Positions 27,201 to 40,489 of a stretch of 64,000 nt of DNA are shown piece by piece (position 1 is the stretch's first letter; each line of letters starts with the position of its first letter). The notes under the pieces were generated by a model. That model was given only the letters and a program-made list of their open reading frames with translations. It ran no database searches and was not told where the DNA came from. The position numbers and the translations under genes are program-made. The stretch lies in assembly GCA_964016885.1 (NCBI GenBank), contig OZ024740.1, positions 12,524,001 through 12,588,000 of the forward strand, in the 5' to 3' direction. The DNA comes from Eledone cirrhosa. Lineage: Eukaryota.

Positions 27201-28010
27201 CTTGTCTCTAGTCTAATGTCTCTAGTCTAATGTCTTGTCTCTAGTCTAATGTCTCTAGTCTAATGTCTTGTCTCTAGTCTAATATCTTGTCTCTAGTCTA
27301 ATGTCTCTAGTCTAATGTCTTCTCTCTAGTCTAATATCTTGTCTCTAGTCTAATGTCTCTAGTCTAATATCTTGTCTCTAGTCTAATATCTTGTCTCTAG
27401 TCTAATGACTCTAGTCTAATGTCTTGTGTCTAGTCTAATATCTTGTCTCTAGTCTAATGTCTCTAGTGTAATGTCTTGTCTCTAGTCTAACGTCTTGTCT
27501 CTAGTCTAATGTCTCTAGTCTAATGTCTCTAGTCTAATGTCTTGTCTCTAGTCTAGTGTCTCTAGTCTAATGTCTTGTCTCTAGTCTAATGACTTGTCTC
27601 TAGTCTAATATCTTGTCTCTAGTCTAATGTCTTGTCTCTAGTCTAATGTCTCTAGTCTAATGTCTTGTCTCTAGTCTAATGTCTCTAGTCTAATGTCTTG
27701 TCTCTAGTCTAATGTCTTGTCTCTAGTCTAATATCTTGTCTCTAGTCTAATGTCTTGTCTCTAGTCAAATGTCTCTAGTCTAATGTCTTGTCTCTAGTCT
27801 AATGTCTCTAGTCTAATGTCTTGTCTCTAGTCTAATATCTTGTCTCTAGTCTAATGTTTCTAATCTAATGTCTTGTCTCTAGTCTAATGTCTCTAGTCTA
27901 ATGTCTTGTCTCTAGTCTAATGTCTTGTCTCTAGTCTAATGTCTCTAGTCTAATATCTTGTCTCTAGTCTAATGTCTCTAGTCTAATGTCTAGTCTCTAG
28001 TCTAATGTCT
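23380..28010. repeat. ~2,315-bp tandem duplication
   Basis: ATGAC 23629>25948 (2,319) and 25093>27407 (2,314); ATGACTTG 25277>27591 (2,314); TGTTTCTAATC 25541>27855 (2,314). Confidence 0.8.
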
Positions 28011-31000
28011 CTAGTCTAACGTCTTGTCTCTAGTCTAATATCTCGTCTCTAGTCTAATGTCTCTAGTCTAATGTCTTGTCTCTAGTCTAATATCTTGTCT
28101 CTAGTCTAATGTCTCTAGTCTAATGTCTTGTCTCTAGTCTAATGTCTTGTCTCTAGTCTAACGTCTTGTCTCTAGTCTAATGTCTCTAGTGTAATGTCTC
28201 TAGTGTAATGTCTTGTCTCTAGTCTAATGTCTTGTCTCAAATCTAATGTCTTGTCTCTAGTCTAATGTCTCTAGTCTAATGTCTTGTCTCTAGTCTAATA
28301 TCTTGTCTCTAGTCTAATGTCGTGTCTCTAGTCTAATGTCTCTAGTCTAATGTCTTGTTTCTAGTCTAATGTCTCTAGTCTAATGTCTTGTCTCTAGTCT
28401 AATATCTTGTCTCTAGTCTAATGTCTTGTCTCTAGTCTAATGTCTCTAGTCTAATGTCTTGTCTCTAGTCTAACGTCTTGTCTCTAGTCTAATGTCTCTA
28501 GTGTAATGTCTTGTCTCTAGTCTAATGTCTTGTCTCTAGTCTAACGTCTTCTCTCTAGTCTAATGTCTCTAGTCTAATATCTTGTCTCTAGTCTAATGTC
28601 TCTAGTCTAATATCGTGTCATTAGTCTAATGTCTCTAGTCTAATATCTTGTCTCTAGTCTACCGTCTTGTCTCTAGTCTAATGTCTCTAGTCTAATATCT
28701 TGTCTCTTGTCTAATGTCTCTAGTCTAATATCTTGTCACTAGTCTAATGTCTCTAGTCTAATGTCTTGTCTCTAGTCTAATGTCTTGTCTCTAGTCTAAT
28801 GTCTCTAGTCTAATGTCTTGTCTCTAGTCTAATATCTTGTCTCTAGTCTAATGTCTTGTCTCTAGTCTAATGTCTGTAGTCTAATGTCTTGTTTCTAGTC
28901 TAATGTCTCTAGTCTAATGTCTTGTCTCTAGTCTAATATCTTGTCTCTAGTCTAATGTCTTGTTTCTAGTCTAATGTCTCTAGTCTAATGTCTTGTCTCT
29001 AGTCTAATATCTTGTCTCTAGTCTAATGTCTTTTCTCTAGTCTAATGTCTCTAGTCTAATGTCTTGTTTCTAGTCTAATGTCTCTAGTCTAATGTCTTGT
29101 CTCTAGTCTAATATCTTGTCTCTAGTGTAATGTCTCTAGTCTAATGTCTTGTCTCTAGTCTAATATCTTGTGTCTAGTCTAATGTCTTGTCTCTAGTCTA
29201 ATGTCTCTAGTCTAATGTCTTGTTTCTAGTCTAATGTCTCTAGTCTAATGTCTTGTCTCTAGTCTAATATCTTGTCTCTAGTCTAATGTCTCTAGTCTAA
29301 TGTCTTGTCTCTAGTCTAATGTCTCTAGTCTAATGTCTTGTCTCTAGTCTAATATCTTGTCTCTAGTCTAATGTCTCTAGTCTAATGTCTCTAGTCTAAT
29401 GTCTTGTCTCTAGTCTAAAATCTTGTCTCTAGTCTAATGTCTCTAGTCTAATGTCTTGTCTCTAGTCTAATGTCTCTAGTCTAATGTCTTGTCTCTAGTC
29501 TAATGTCTCTAGTCTAATGTCTTGTCTCTAGTCTAATATCTTGTCTCTAGTCTAATGTCTCTAGTCTAATGTCTTGTCTCTAGTCTAATGTCTCTAGTCT
29601 AATGTCTTGTCTCTAGTCTAATGTCTTGTCTCTAGTCTAATGTCTCTAGTCTAATATCTTGTCTCTAGTCTAATGTCTCTAGTCTAATGTCTTGTCTCTA
29701 GTCTAATGTCTCTAGTCTAATGTCTTGTGACTAGTCTAATGTCTTGTCTCTAGTCTAATGTCTCTAGTCTAATATCTTGTCGCTAGTCTAATGTCTCTTG
29801 TCTAATGTCTTGTCTCTAGTCTAATGTCTCTAGTCTAATGTCTTGTCTCTAGTCTAATGTCTCTAGTCTAATGTCTTGTCTCTAGTCTAATATCTTGTCT
29901 CTAGTCTAATGTCTCTAGTCTAATGTCTCTAGTCTAATGTCTTCTCTCTAGTCTAATATCTTGTCTCTAGTCTAATGTCTCTAGTCTAATATCTTGTCTC
30001 TAGTCTAATATCTTGTCTCTAGTCTAATGACTCTAGTCTAATGTCTTGTGTCTAGTCTAATATCTTGTCTCTAGTCTAATGTCTCTAGTCTAATGTCTTG
30101 TCTCTAGTCTAACGTCTTGTCTCTAGTCTAATGTCTCTAGTCTAATGTCTCTAGTCTAATGTCTTGTCTCTAGTCTAGTGTCTCTAGTCTAATGTCTTGT
30201 CTCTAGTCTAATGTCTTGTCTCTAGTCTAATATCTTGTCTCTAGTCTAATGTCTTGTCTCTAGTCTAATGTCTCTAGTCTAATGTCTTGTCTCTAGTCTA
30301 ATGTCTCTAGTCTAATGTCTTGTCTCTAGTCTAATGTCTTGTCTCTAGTCTAATATCTTGTCTCTAGTCTAATGTCTTGTCTCTAGTCAAATGTCTCTAG
30401 TCTAATGTCTTGTCTCTAGTCTAATGTCTCTAGTCTAATGTCTTGTCTCTAGTCTAATATCTTGTCTCTAGTCTAATGTCTCTAATCTAATGTCTTGTCT
30501 CTAGTCTAATGTCTCTAGTCTAATGTCTTGTCTCTAGTCTAATGTCTCTAGTCTAATGTCTTGTCTCTAGTCTAATATCTTGTCTCTAGTCTAATGTCTC
30601 TAGTCTAATGTCTCTAGTCTAATGTCTTGTCTCTAGTCTAAAATCTTGTCTCTAGTCTAATGTCTCTAGTCTAATGTCTTGTCTCTAGTCTAATGTCTCT
30701 AGTCTAATGTCTTGTCTCTAGTCTAATGTCTCTAGTCTAATGTCTTGTCTCTAGTCTAATATCTTGTCTCTAGTCTAATGTCTCTAGTCTAATGTCTTGT
30801 CTCTAGTCTAATGTCTCTAGTCTAATGTCTTGTCTCTAGTCTAATGTCTTGTCTCTAGTCTAATGTCTCTAGTCTAATATCTTGTCTCTAGTCTAATGTC
30901 TCTAGTCTAATGTCTTGTCTCTAGTCTAATGTCTCTAGTCTAATGTCTTGTCTCTAGTCTAATATCTTGTCTCTAGTCTAATGTCTCTAGTCTAATGTCT

Positions 31001-31929
31001 TGTCTCTAGTCTAATGTCTCTAGTCTAATGTCTTGTCTCTAGTCTAATGTCTCTAGTCTAATGTCTTGTCTCTAGTCTAATATCTTGTCTCTAGTCTAAT
31101 GTCTCTAGTCTAATGTCTCTAGTCTAATGTCTTCTCTCTAGTCTAATATCTTGTCTCTAGTCTAATGTCTCTAGTCTAATATCTTGTCTCTAGTCTAATA
31201 TCTTGTCTCTAGTCTAATGACTCTAGTCTAATGTCTTGTGTCTAGTCTAATATCTTGTCTCTAGTCTAATGTCTCTAGTCTAATGTCTTGTCTCTAGTCT
31301 AACGTCTTGTCTCTAGTCTAATGTCTCTAGTCTAATGTCTCTAGTCTAATGTCTTGTCTCTAGTCTAGTATCTCTAGTCTAATGTCTTGTCTCTAGTCTA
31401 ATGTCTTGTCTCTAGTCTAATATCTTGTCTCTAGTCTAATGTCTTGTCTCTAGTCTAATGTCTCTAGTCTAATGTCTTGTCTCTAGTCTAATGTCTCTAG
31501 TCTAATGTCTTGTCTCTAGTCTAATGTCTTGTCTCTAGTCTAATATCTTGTCTCTAGTCTAATGTCTTGTCTCTAGTCAAATGTCTCTAGTCTAATGTCT
31601 TGTCTCTAGTCTAATGTCTCTAGTCTAATGTCTTGTCTCTAGTCTAATATCTTGTCTCTAGTCTAATGTCTCTAGTCTAATGTCGTGTCTCTAGTCTAAT
31701 GTCTCTAGTCTAATGTCTTGTTTCTAGTCTAATGTCTCTAGTCTAATGTCTTGTCTCTAGTCTAATATCTTGTCTCTAGTCTAATGTCTTGTCTCTAGTC
31801 TAATGTCTCTAGTCTAATGTCTTGTCTCTAGTCTAACGTCTTGTCTCTAGTCTAATGTCTCTAGTGTAATGTCTTGTCTCTAGTCTAATGTCTTGTCTCT
31901 AGTCTAACGTCTTCTCTCTAGTCTAATGT

Positions 31930-34900
31930 CTCTAGTCTAATATCTTGTCTCTAGTCTAATGTCTCTAGTCTAATATCGTGTCACTAGTCTAATGTCTCTA
32001 GTCTAATATCTTGTCTCTAGTCTACCGTCTTGTCTCTAGTCTAATGTCTCTAGTCTAATATCTTGTCTCTTGTCTAATGTCTCTAGTCTAATATCTTGTC
32101 ACTAGTCTAATGTCTCTAGTCTAATGTCTTGTCTCTAGTCTAATGTCTTGTCTCTAGTCTAATGTCTCTAGTCTAATGTCTTGTCTCTAGTCTAATATCT
32201 TGTCTCTAGTCTAATGTCTTGTCTCTAGTCTAATGTCTCTAGTCTAATGTCTTGTTTCTAGTCTAATGTCTCTAGTCTAATGTCTTGTCTCTAGTCTAAT
32301 ATCTTGTCTCTAGTCTAATGTCTTGTTTCTAGTCTAATGTCTCTAGTCTAATGTCTTGTCTCTAGTCTAATATCTTGTCTCTAGTCTAATGTCTTTTCTC
32401 TAGTCTAATGTCTCTAGTCTAATGTCTTGTTTCTAGTCTAATCTCTCTAGTCTAATGTCTTGTCTCTAGTCTAATATCTTGTCTCTAGTGTAATGTCTCT
32501 AGTCTAATGTCTTGTCTCTAGTCTAATATCTTGTGTCTAGTCTAATGTCTTGTCTCTAGTCTAATGTCTCTAGTCTAATGTCTTGTTTCTAGTCTAATGT
32601 CTCTAGTCTAATGTCTTGTCTCTAGTCTAATATCTTGTCTCTAGTCTAATGTCTCTAGTCTAATGTCTTGTCTCTAGTCTAATGTCTCTAGTCTAATGTC
32701 TTGTCTCTAGTCTAATATCTTGTCTCTAGTCTAATGTCTCTAGTCTAATGTCTCTAGTCTAATGTCTTGTCTCTAGTCTAAAATCTTGTCTCTAGTCTAA
32801 TGTCTCTAGTCTAATGTCTTGTCTCTAGTCTAATGTCTCTAGTCTAATGTCTTGTCTCTAGTCTAATGTCTCTAGTCTAATGTCTTGTCTCTAGTCTAAT
32901 ATCTTGTCTCTAGTCTAATGTCTCTAGTCTAATGTCTTGTCTCTAGTCTAATGTCTCTAGTCTAATGTGTTGTCTCTAGTCTAATGTCTTGTCTCTAGTC
33001 TAATGTCTCTAGTCTAATATCTTGTCTCTAGTCTAATGTCTCTAGTCTAATGTCTTGTCTCTAGTCTAATGTCTCTAGTCTAATGTCTTGTCTCTAGTCT
33101 AATATCTTGTCTCTAGTCTAATGTCTCTAGTCTAATGTCTTGTCTCTTGTCTAATGTCTCTAGTCTAATGTCTTGTGACTAGTCTAATGTCTTGTCTCTA
33201 GTCTAATGTCTCTAGTCTAATATCTTGTCGCTAGTCTAATGTCTCTTGTCTAATGTCTTGTCTCTAGTCTAATGTCTCTAGTCTAATGTCTTGTCTCTAG
33301 TCTAATGTCTCTAGTCTAATGTCTTGTCTCTAGTCTAATATCTTGTCTCTAGTCTAATGTCTCTAGTCTAATGTCTCTAGTCTAATGTCTTCTCTCTAGT
33401 CTAATATCTTGTCTCTAGTCTAATGTCTCTAGTCTAATATCTTGTCTCTAGTCTAATATCTTGTCTCTAGTCTAATGACTCTAGTCTAATGTCTTGTGTC
33501 TAGTCTAATATCTTGTCTCTAGTCTAATGTCTCTAGTCTAATGTCTTGTCTCTAGTCTAACGTCTTGTCTCTAGTCTAATGTCTCTAGTCTAATGTCTCT
33601 AGTCTAATGTCTTGTCTCTAGTCTAGTGTCTCTAGTCTAATGTCTTGTCTCTAGTCTAATGTCTTGTCTCTAGTCTAATATCTTGTCTCTAGTCTAATGT
33701 CTCTAGTCTAATATCGTGTCACTAGTCTAATGTCTCTAGTCTAATATCTTGTCTCTAGTCTACCGTCTTGTCTCTAGTCTAATGTCTCTAGTCTAATATC
33801 TTGTCTCTTGTCTAATGTCTCTAGTCTAATATCTTGTCACTAGTCTAATGTCTCTAGTCTAATGTCTTGTCTCTAGTCTAATGTCTTGTCTCTAGTCTAA
33901 TGTCTCTAGTCTAATGTCTTGTCTCTAGTCTAATATCTTGTCTCTAGTCTAATGTCTTGTCTCTAGTCTAATGTCTCTAGTCTAATGTCTTGTTTCTAGT
34001 CTAATGTCTCTAGTCTAATGTCTTGTCTCTAGTCTAATATCTTGTCTCTAGTCTAATGTCTTGTTTCTAGTCTAATGTCTCTAGTCTAATGTCTTGTCTC
34101 TAGTCTAATATCTTGTCTCTAGTCTAATGTCCTTTCTCTAGTCTAATGTCTCTAGTCTAATGTCTTGTTTCTAGTCTAATCTCTCTAGTCTAATGTCTTG
34201 TCTCTAGTCTAATATCTTGTCTCTAGTGTAATGTCTCTAGTCTAATGTCTTGTCTCTAGTCTAATATCTTGTGTCTAGTCTAATGTCTTGTCTCTAGTCT
34301 AATGTCTCTAGTCTAATGTCTTGTTTCTAGTCTAATGTCTCTAGTCTAATGTCTTGTCTCTAGTCTAATATCTTGTCTCTAGTCTAATGTCTCTAGTCTA
34401 ATGTCTTGTCTCTAGTCTAATGTCTCTAGTCTAATGTCTTGTCTCTAGTCTAATATCTTGTCTCTAGTCTAATGTCTCTAGTCTAATGTCTCTAGTCTAA
34501 TGTCTTGTCTCTAGTCTAAAATCTTGTCTCTAGTCTAATGTCTCTAGTCTAATGTCTTGTCTCTAGTCTAATGTCTCTAGTCTAATGTCTTGTCTCTAGT
34601 CTAATGTCTCTAGTCTAATGTCTTGTCTCTAGTCTAATATCTTGTCTCTAGTCTAATGTCTCTAGTCTAATGTCTTGTCTCTAGTCTAATGTCTCTAGTC
34701 TAATGTGTTGTCTCTAGTCTAATGTCTTGTCTCTAGTCTAATGTCTCTAGTCTAATATCTTGTCTCTAGTCTAATGTCTCTAGTCTAATGTCTTGTCTCT
34801 AGTCTAATGTCTCTAGTCTAATGTCTTGTCTCTAGTCTAATATCTTGTCTCTAGTCTAATGTCTCTAGTCTAATGTCTTGTCTCTTGTCTAATGTCTCTA

Positions 34901-35420
34901 GTCTAATGTCTTGTGACTAGTCTAATGTCTTGTCTCTAGTCTAATGTCTCTAGTCTAATATCTTGTCGCTAGTCTAATGTCTCTTGTCTAATGTCTTGTC
35001 TCTAGTCTAATGTCTCTAGTCTAATGTCTTGTCTCTAGTCTAATGTCTCTAGTCTAATGTCTTGTCTCTAGTCTAATATCTTGTCTCTAGTCTAATGTCT
35101 CTAGTCTAATGTCTCTAGTCTAATGTCTTCTCTCTAGTCTAATATCTTGTCTCTAGTCTAATGTCTCTAGTCTAATATCTTGTCTCTAGTCTAATATCTT
35201 GTCTCTAGTCTAATGACTCTAGTCTAATGTCTTGTGTCTAGTCTAATATCTTGTCTCTAGTCTAATGTCTCTAGTCTAATGTCTTGTCTCTAGTCTAACG
35301 TCTTGTCTCTAGTCTAATGTCTCTAGTCTAATGTCTCTAGTCTAATGTCTTGTCTCTAGTCTAGTGTCTCTAGTCTAATGTCTTGTCTCTAGTCTAATGT
35401 CTTGTCTCTAGTCTAATATC
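31930..35420. repeat. 1,738-bp tandem duplication
   Basis: ATCGTG 31977>33715, GTCGCTAG 33229>34967 and ATGAC 33477>35215 all have offset 1,738. Confidence 0.85.
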
Positions 35421-38400
35421 TTGTCTCTAGTCTAATGTCTTGTCTCTAGTCTAATGTCTCTAGTCTAATGTCTTGTCTCTAGTCTAATGTCTCTAGTCTA
35501 ATGTCTTGTCTCTAGTCTAATGTCTTGTCTCTAGTCTAATATCTTGTCTCTAGTCTAATGTCTTGTCTCTAGTCAAATGTCTCTAGTCTAATGTCTTGTC
35601 TCTAGTCTAATGTCTCTAGTCTAATGTCTTTTCTCTAGTCTAATATCTTGTCTCTAGTCTAATGTCTCTAATCTAATGTCTTGTCTCTAGTCTAATGTCT
35701 CTAGTCTAATGTCTTGTCTCTAGTCTAATGTCTCTAGTCTAATGTCTTGTCTCTAGTCTAATGTCTTGTCTCTAGTCTAATGTCTCTAGTCTAATGTCTT
35801 GTCTCTAGTCTAATATCTTGTCTCTAGTCTAATGTCTTGTCTCTAATCTAATGTCTCTAGTCTAATGTCTTGTTTCTAGTCTAATGTCTCTAGTCTAATG
35901 TCTTGTCTCTAGTCTAATATCTTGTCTCTAGTCTAATGTCTTGTTTCTAGTCTAATGTCTCTAGTCTAATGTCTTGTCTCTAGTCTAATATCTTGTCTCT
36001 AGTCTAATGTCTTTTCTCTAGTCTAATGTCTCTAGTCTAATGTCTTGTTTCTAGTCTAATGTCTCTAGTCTAATGTCTTGTCTCTAGTCTAATATCTTGT
36101 CTCTAGTGTAATGTCTCTAGTCTAATGTCTTGTCTCTAGTCTAATATCTTGTGTCTAGTCTAATGTCTTGTCTCTAGTCTAATGTCTCTAGTCTAATGTC
36201 TTGTCTCTAGTCTAATATCTTGTCTCTAGTCTAATGTCTCTAGTCTAATGTCTTGTCTCTAGTCTAATGTCTCTAGTCTAATGTCTTGTCTCTAGTCTAA
36301 TATCTTGTCTCTAGTCTAATGTCTCTAGTCTAATGTCTTGTCTCTAGTCTAATATCTTGTCTCTAGTCTAATGTCTCTAGTCTAATGTCTCTAGTCTAAT
36401 GTCTTGTCTCTAGTCTAAAATCTTGTCTCTAGTCTAATGTCTTGTCTCTAGTCTAATGTCTTGTCTCTAGTCTAATGTCTCTAGTCTAATGTCTTGTCTC
36501 TAGTCTAATATCTCTAGTCTAATGTCTTGTCTCTAGTCTAATATCTTGTCTCTAGTCTAATGTCTCTAGTCTAATGTCTTGTCTCTAGTCTAATGTCTCT
36601 AGTCTAATGTCTTGTCTCTAGTCTAATGTCTTGTCTCTAGTCTAATGTCTTGTCTCTAGTCTAATGTCTCTAGTCTAATATCTTGTCTCTAGTCTAATGT
36701 CTCTAGTCTAATGTCTTGTCTCTAGTCTAATGTCTCTAGTCTAATGTCTTGTCTCTAGTCTAATATCTTGTCTCTAGTCTAATGTCTCTAGTCTAATGTC
36801 TTGTCTCTAGTCTAATGTCTCTAGTCTAATGTCTTGTGACTAGTCTAATGTCTTGTCTCTAGTCTAATGTCTCTAGTCTAATATCTTGTCTCTAGTCTAA
36901 TGTCTCTTGTCTAATGTCTTGTCTCTAGTCTAATGTCTCTAGTCTAATGTCTTGTCTCTAGTCTAATGTCTCTAGTCTAATGTCTTGTCTCTAGTCTAAT
37001 ATCTTGTCTCTAGTCTAATGTCTCTAGTCTAATGTCTCTAGTCTAATGTCTTCTCTCTAGTCTAATATCTTGTCTCTAGTCTAATGTCTCTAGTCTAATA
37101 TCTTGTCTCTAGTCTAATATGTTGTCTCTAGTCTAATGACTCTAGTCTAATGTCTTGTGTCTAGTCTAATATCTTGTCTCTAGTCTAATGTCTCTAGTCT
37201 AATGTCTTGTCTCTAGTCTAACGTCTTGTCTCTAGTCTAATGTCTCTAGTCTAATGTCTCTAGTCTAATGTCTCTAGTCTAATGTCTTGTCTCTAGTCTA
37301 ATGTCTCTAGTCTAATGTCTTGTCTCTAGTCTAATGTCTTGTCTCTAGTCTAATATCTTGTCTCTAGTCTAATGTCTTGTCTCTAGTCAAATGTCTCTAG
37401 TCTAATGTCTTGTCTCTAGTCTAATGTCTCTAGTCTAATGTCTTGTCTCTAGTCTAATATCTTGTCTCTAGTCTAATGTCTCTAATCTAATGTCTTGTCT
37501 CTAGTCTAATGTCTCTAGTCTAATGTCTTGTCTCTAGTCTAATGTCTTGTCTCTAGTCTAATGTCTCTAGTCTAATATCTTGTCTCTAGTCTAATGTCTC
37601 TAGTCTAATGTCTAGTCTCTAGTCTAATGTCTCTAGTCTAACGTCTTGTCTCTAGTCTAATATCTCGTCTCTAGTCTAATGTCTCTAGTCTAATGTCTTG
37701 TCTCTAGTCTAATATCTTGTCTCTAGTCTAATGTCTCTAGTCTAATGTCTTGTCTCTAGTCTAACGTCTTGTCTCTAGTCTAATGTCTCTAGTGTAATGT
37801 CTCTAGTGTAATGTCTTGTCTCTAGTCTAATGTCTTGTCTCAAATCTAATGTCTTGTCTCTAGTCTAATGTCTCTAGTCTAATGTCTTGTCTCTAGTCTA
37901 ATATCTTGTCTCTAGTCTAATGTCGTGTCTCTAGTCTAATGTCTCTAGTCTAATGTCTTGTTTCTAGTCTAATGTCTCTAGTCTAATGTCTTGTCTCTAG
38001 TCTAATATCTTGTCTCTAGTCTAATGTCTTGTCTCTAGTCTAATGTCTCTAGTCTAATGTCTTGTCTCTAGTCTAACGTCTTGTCTCTAGTCTAATGTCT
38101 CTAGTGTAATGTCTTGTCTCTAGTCTAATGTCTTGTCTCTAGTCTAACGTCTTCTCTCTAGTCTAATGTCTCTAGTCTAATATCTTGTCTCTAGTCTAAT
38201 GTCTCTAGTCTAATATCGTGTCACTAGTCTAATGTCTCTAGTCTAATATCTTGTCTCTAGTCTACCGTCTTGTCTCTAGTCTAATGTCTCTAGTCTAATA
38301 TCTTGTCTCTTGTCTAATGTCTCTAGTCTAATATCTTGTCACTAGTCTAATGTCTCTAGTCTAATGTCTTGTCTCTAATCTAATGTCTCTAGTCTAATGT

Positions 38401-40489
38401 CTTGTCTCTAGTCTAATATCTTGTCTCTAGTCTAATGTCTTGTCTCTAGTCTAATGTCTCTGGTCTAATGTCTTGTTTCTAGTCTAATGTCTCTAGTCTA
38501 ATGTCTTGTCTCTAGTCTAATATCTTGTCTCTAGTCTAATGTCTTGTTTCTAGTCTAATGTCTCTAGTCTAATGTCTTGTCTCTAGTCTAATATCTTGTC
38601 TCTAGTCTAATGTCTTTTCTCTAGTCTAATGTCTTGTTTCTAGTCTAATGTCTCTAGTCTAATGTCTTGTCTCTAGTCTAATATCTTGTCTCTAGTGTAA
38701 TGTCTCTAGTCTAATGTCTTGTCTCTAGTCTAATATCTTGTGTCTAGTCTAATGTCTTGTCTCTAGACTAATGTCTCTAGTCTAATGTCTTGTTTCTAGT
38801 CTAATGTCTCTAGTCTAATGTCTTGTCTCTAGTCTAATATCTTGTCTCTAGTCTAATGTCTCTAGTCTAATGTCTTGTCTCTAGTCTAATGTCTTGTCTC
38901 TAGTCTAATATCTTGTCACTAGTCTAATGTCTCTAGTCTAATGTCTTGTCTCTAGTCTAAAATCTTGTCTCTAGTCTAATGTCTCTAGTCTAATGTCTTG
39001 TCTCTAGTCTAATGTCTCTAGTCTAATGTCTTGTCTCTAGTCTAATGTCTCTAGTCTAATGTCTTGTCTCTAGTCTAATATCTTGTCTCTAGTCTAATGT
39101 CTCTAGTCTAATGTCTTGTCTCTAGTCTAATGTCTCTAGTCTAATGTCTTGTCTCTAGTCTAATATCTTGTCTCTAGTCTAATGTCTCTAGTCTAATATC
39201 TTGTCTCTAGTCTAATGTCTCTAGTCTAATGTCTTGTCTCTAGTCTAATGTCTCTAGTCTAATGTCTTGTCTCTAGTCTAACGTCTCTAGTCTAACGTCT
39301 TGTCTCTAGTCTAATATCTCGTCTCTAGTCTAATGTCTCTAGTCTAATGTCTTGTCTCTAGTCTAATATCTTGTCTCTAGTCTAATGTCTCTAGTCTATT
39401 GTCTTGTCTCTAGTCTAATATCTTGTCTCTAGTCTAATGTCTCTAGTCTAATGTCTTGTCTCTAGTCTAATGTCTTGTCTCTAGTCTAATGTCTTGTCTC
39501 TAGTCTAACGTCTTGTCTCTAGTCTAATGTCTCTAGTGTAATGTCTTGTCTCTAGTCTAATGTCTTGTCTCTAATCTAATGTCTTGTCTCTAGTCTAATG
39601 TCTCTAGTCTAATGTCTTGTCTCTAGTCTAATATCTTGTCTCTAGTCTAATGTCTTGTCTCTAGTCTAATGTCTCTAGTCTAATGTCTTGTTTCTAGTCT
39701 AATGTCTCTAGTCTAATGTCTTGTCTCTAGTCTAATATCTTGTCTCTAGTCTAATATCTTGTCTCTACTCTAATGTCTTGTCTCTAGTCTAATGTCTCTA
39801 GTCTAATGTCTTGTCTCTAGTTTAACGTCTTGTCTCTAGTCTAATGTCTCTAGTGTAATGTCTTGTCTCTAGTCTAATGTCTTGTCTCTAGTCTAACGTC
39901 TTGTCTCTAGTCTAATGTCTCTAGTCTAATATCTTGTCTCTAGTCTAATGTCTCTAGTCTAATATCGTGTCACTAGTCTAATGTCTCTAGTCTAATATCT
40001 TGTCTCTAGTCTAACGTCTTGTCTCGAGTCTAATGTCTCTAGTCTAATATCATGTCTCTAGTCTAATGTCTCTAGTCTAATATCTTGTCACTAGTCTAAT
40101 GTCTCTAGTCTAATGTCTTGTCTCTAGTTTAATGTCTCTAGTCTAATGTCTTGTCTCTAGTCTAATATCTTGTCTCTAGTCTAATGTCTTCTCTCGAGTC
40201 TAATGTCTCTAGTCTAATGTCTTGTTTCTAGTCTAATGTCTCTAGTCTAATGTCTTGTCTCTAGTCTAATATCTTGTCTCTAGTCTAATGTCTTGTCTCT
40301 AGTCTAATGTCTCTAGTCTAATGTCTTGTCTCTAGTCTAATATCTTGTCTCTAGTCAAATGTCTTGTCTCTAGTCTAATGTCTCTAGTCTAATGTCTTGT
40401 TTCTAGTCTAATGTCTCTAGTCTAATATCTTGTCTCTAGTCTATTGTCTCTAGTCTAATGTCTTGTCTCTAGTCTAATATCTTGTCTCT

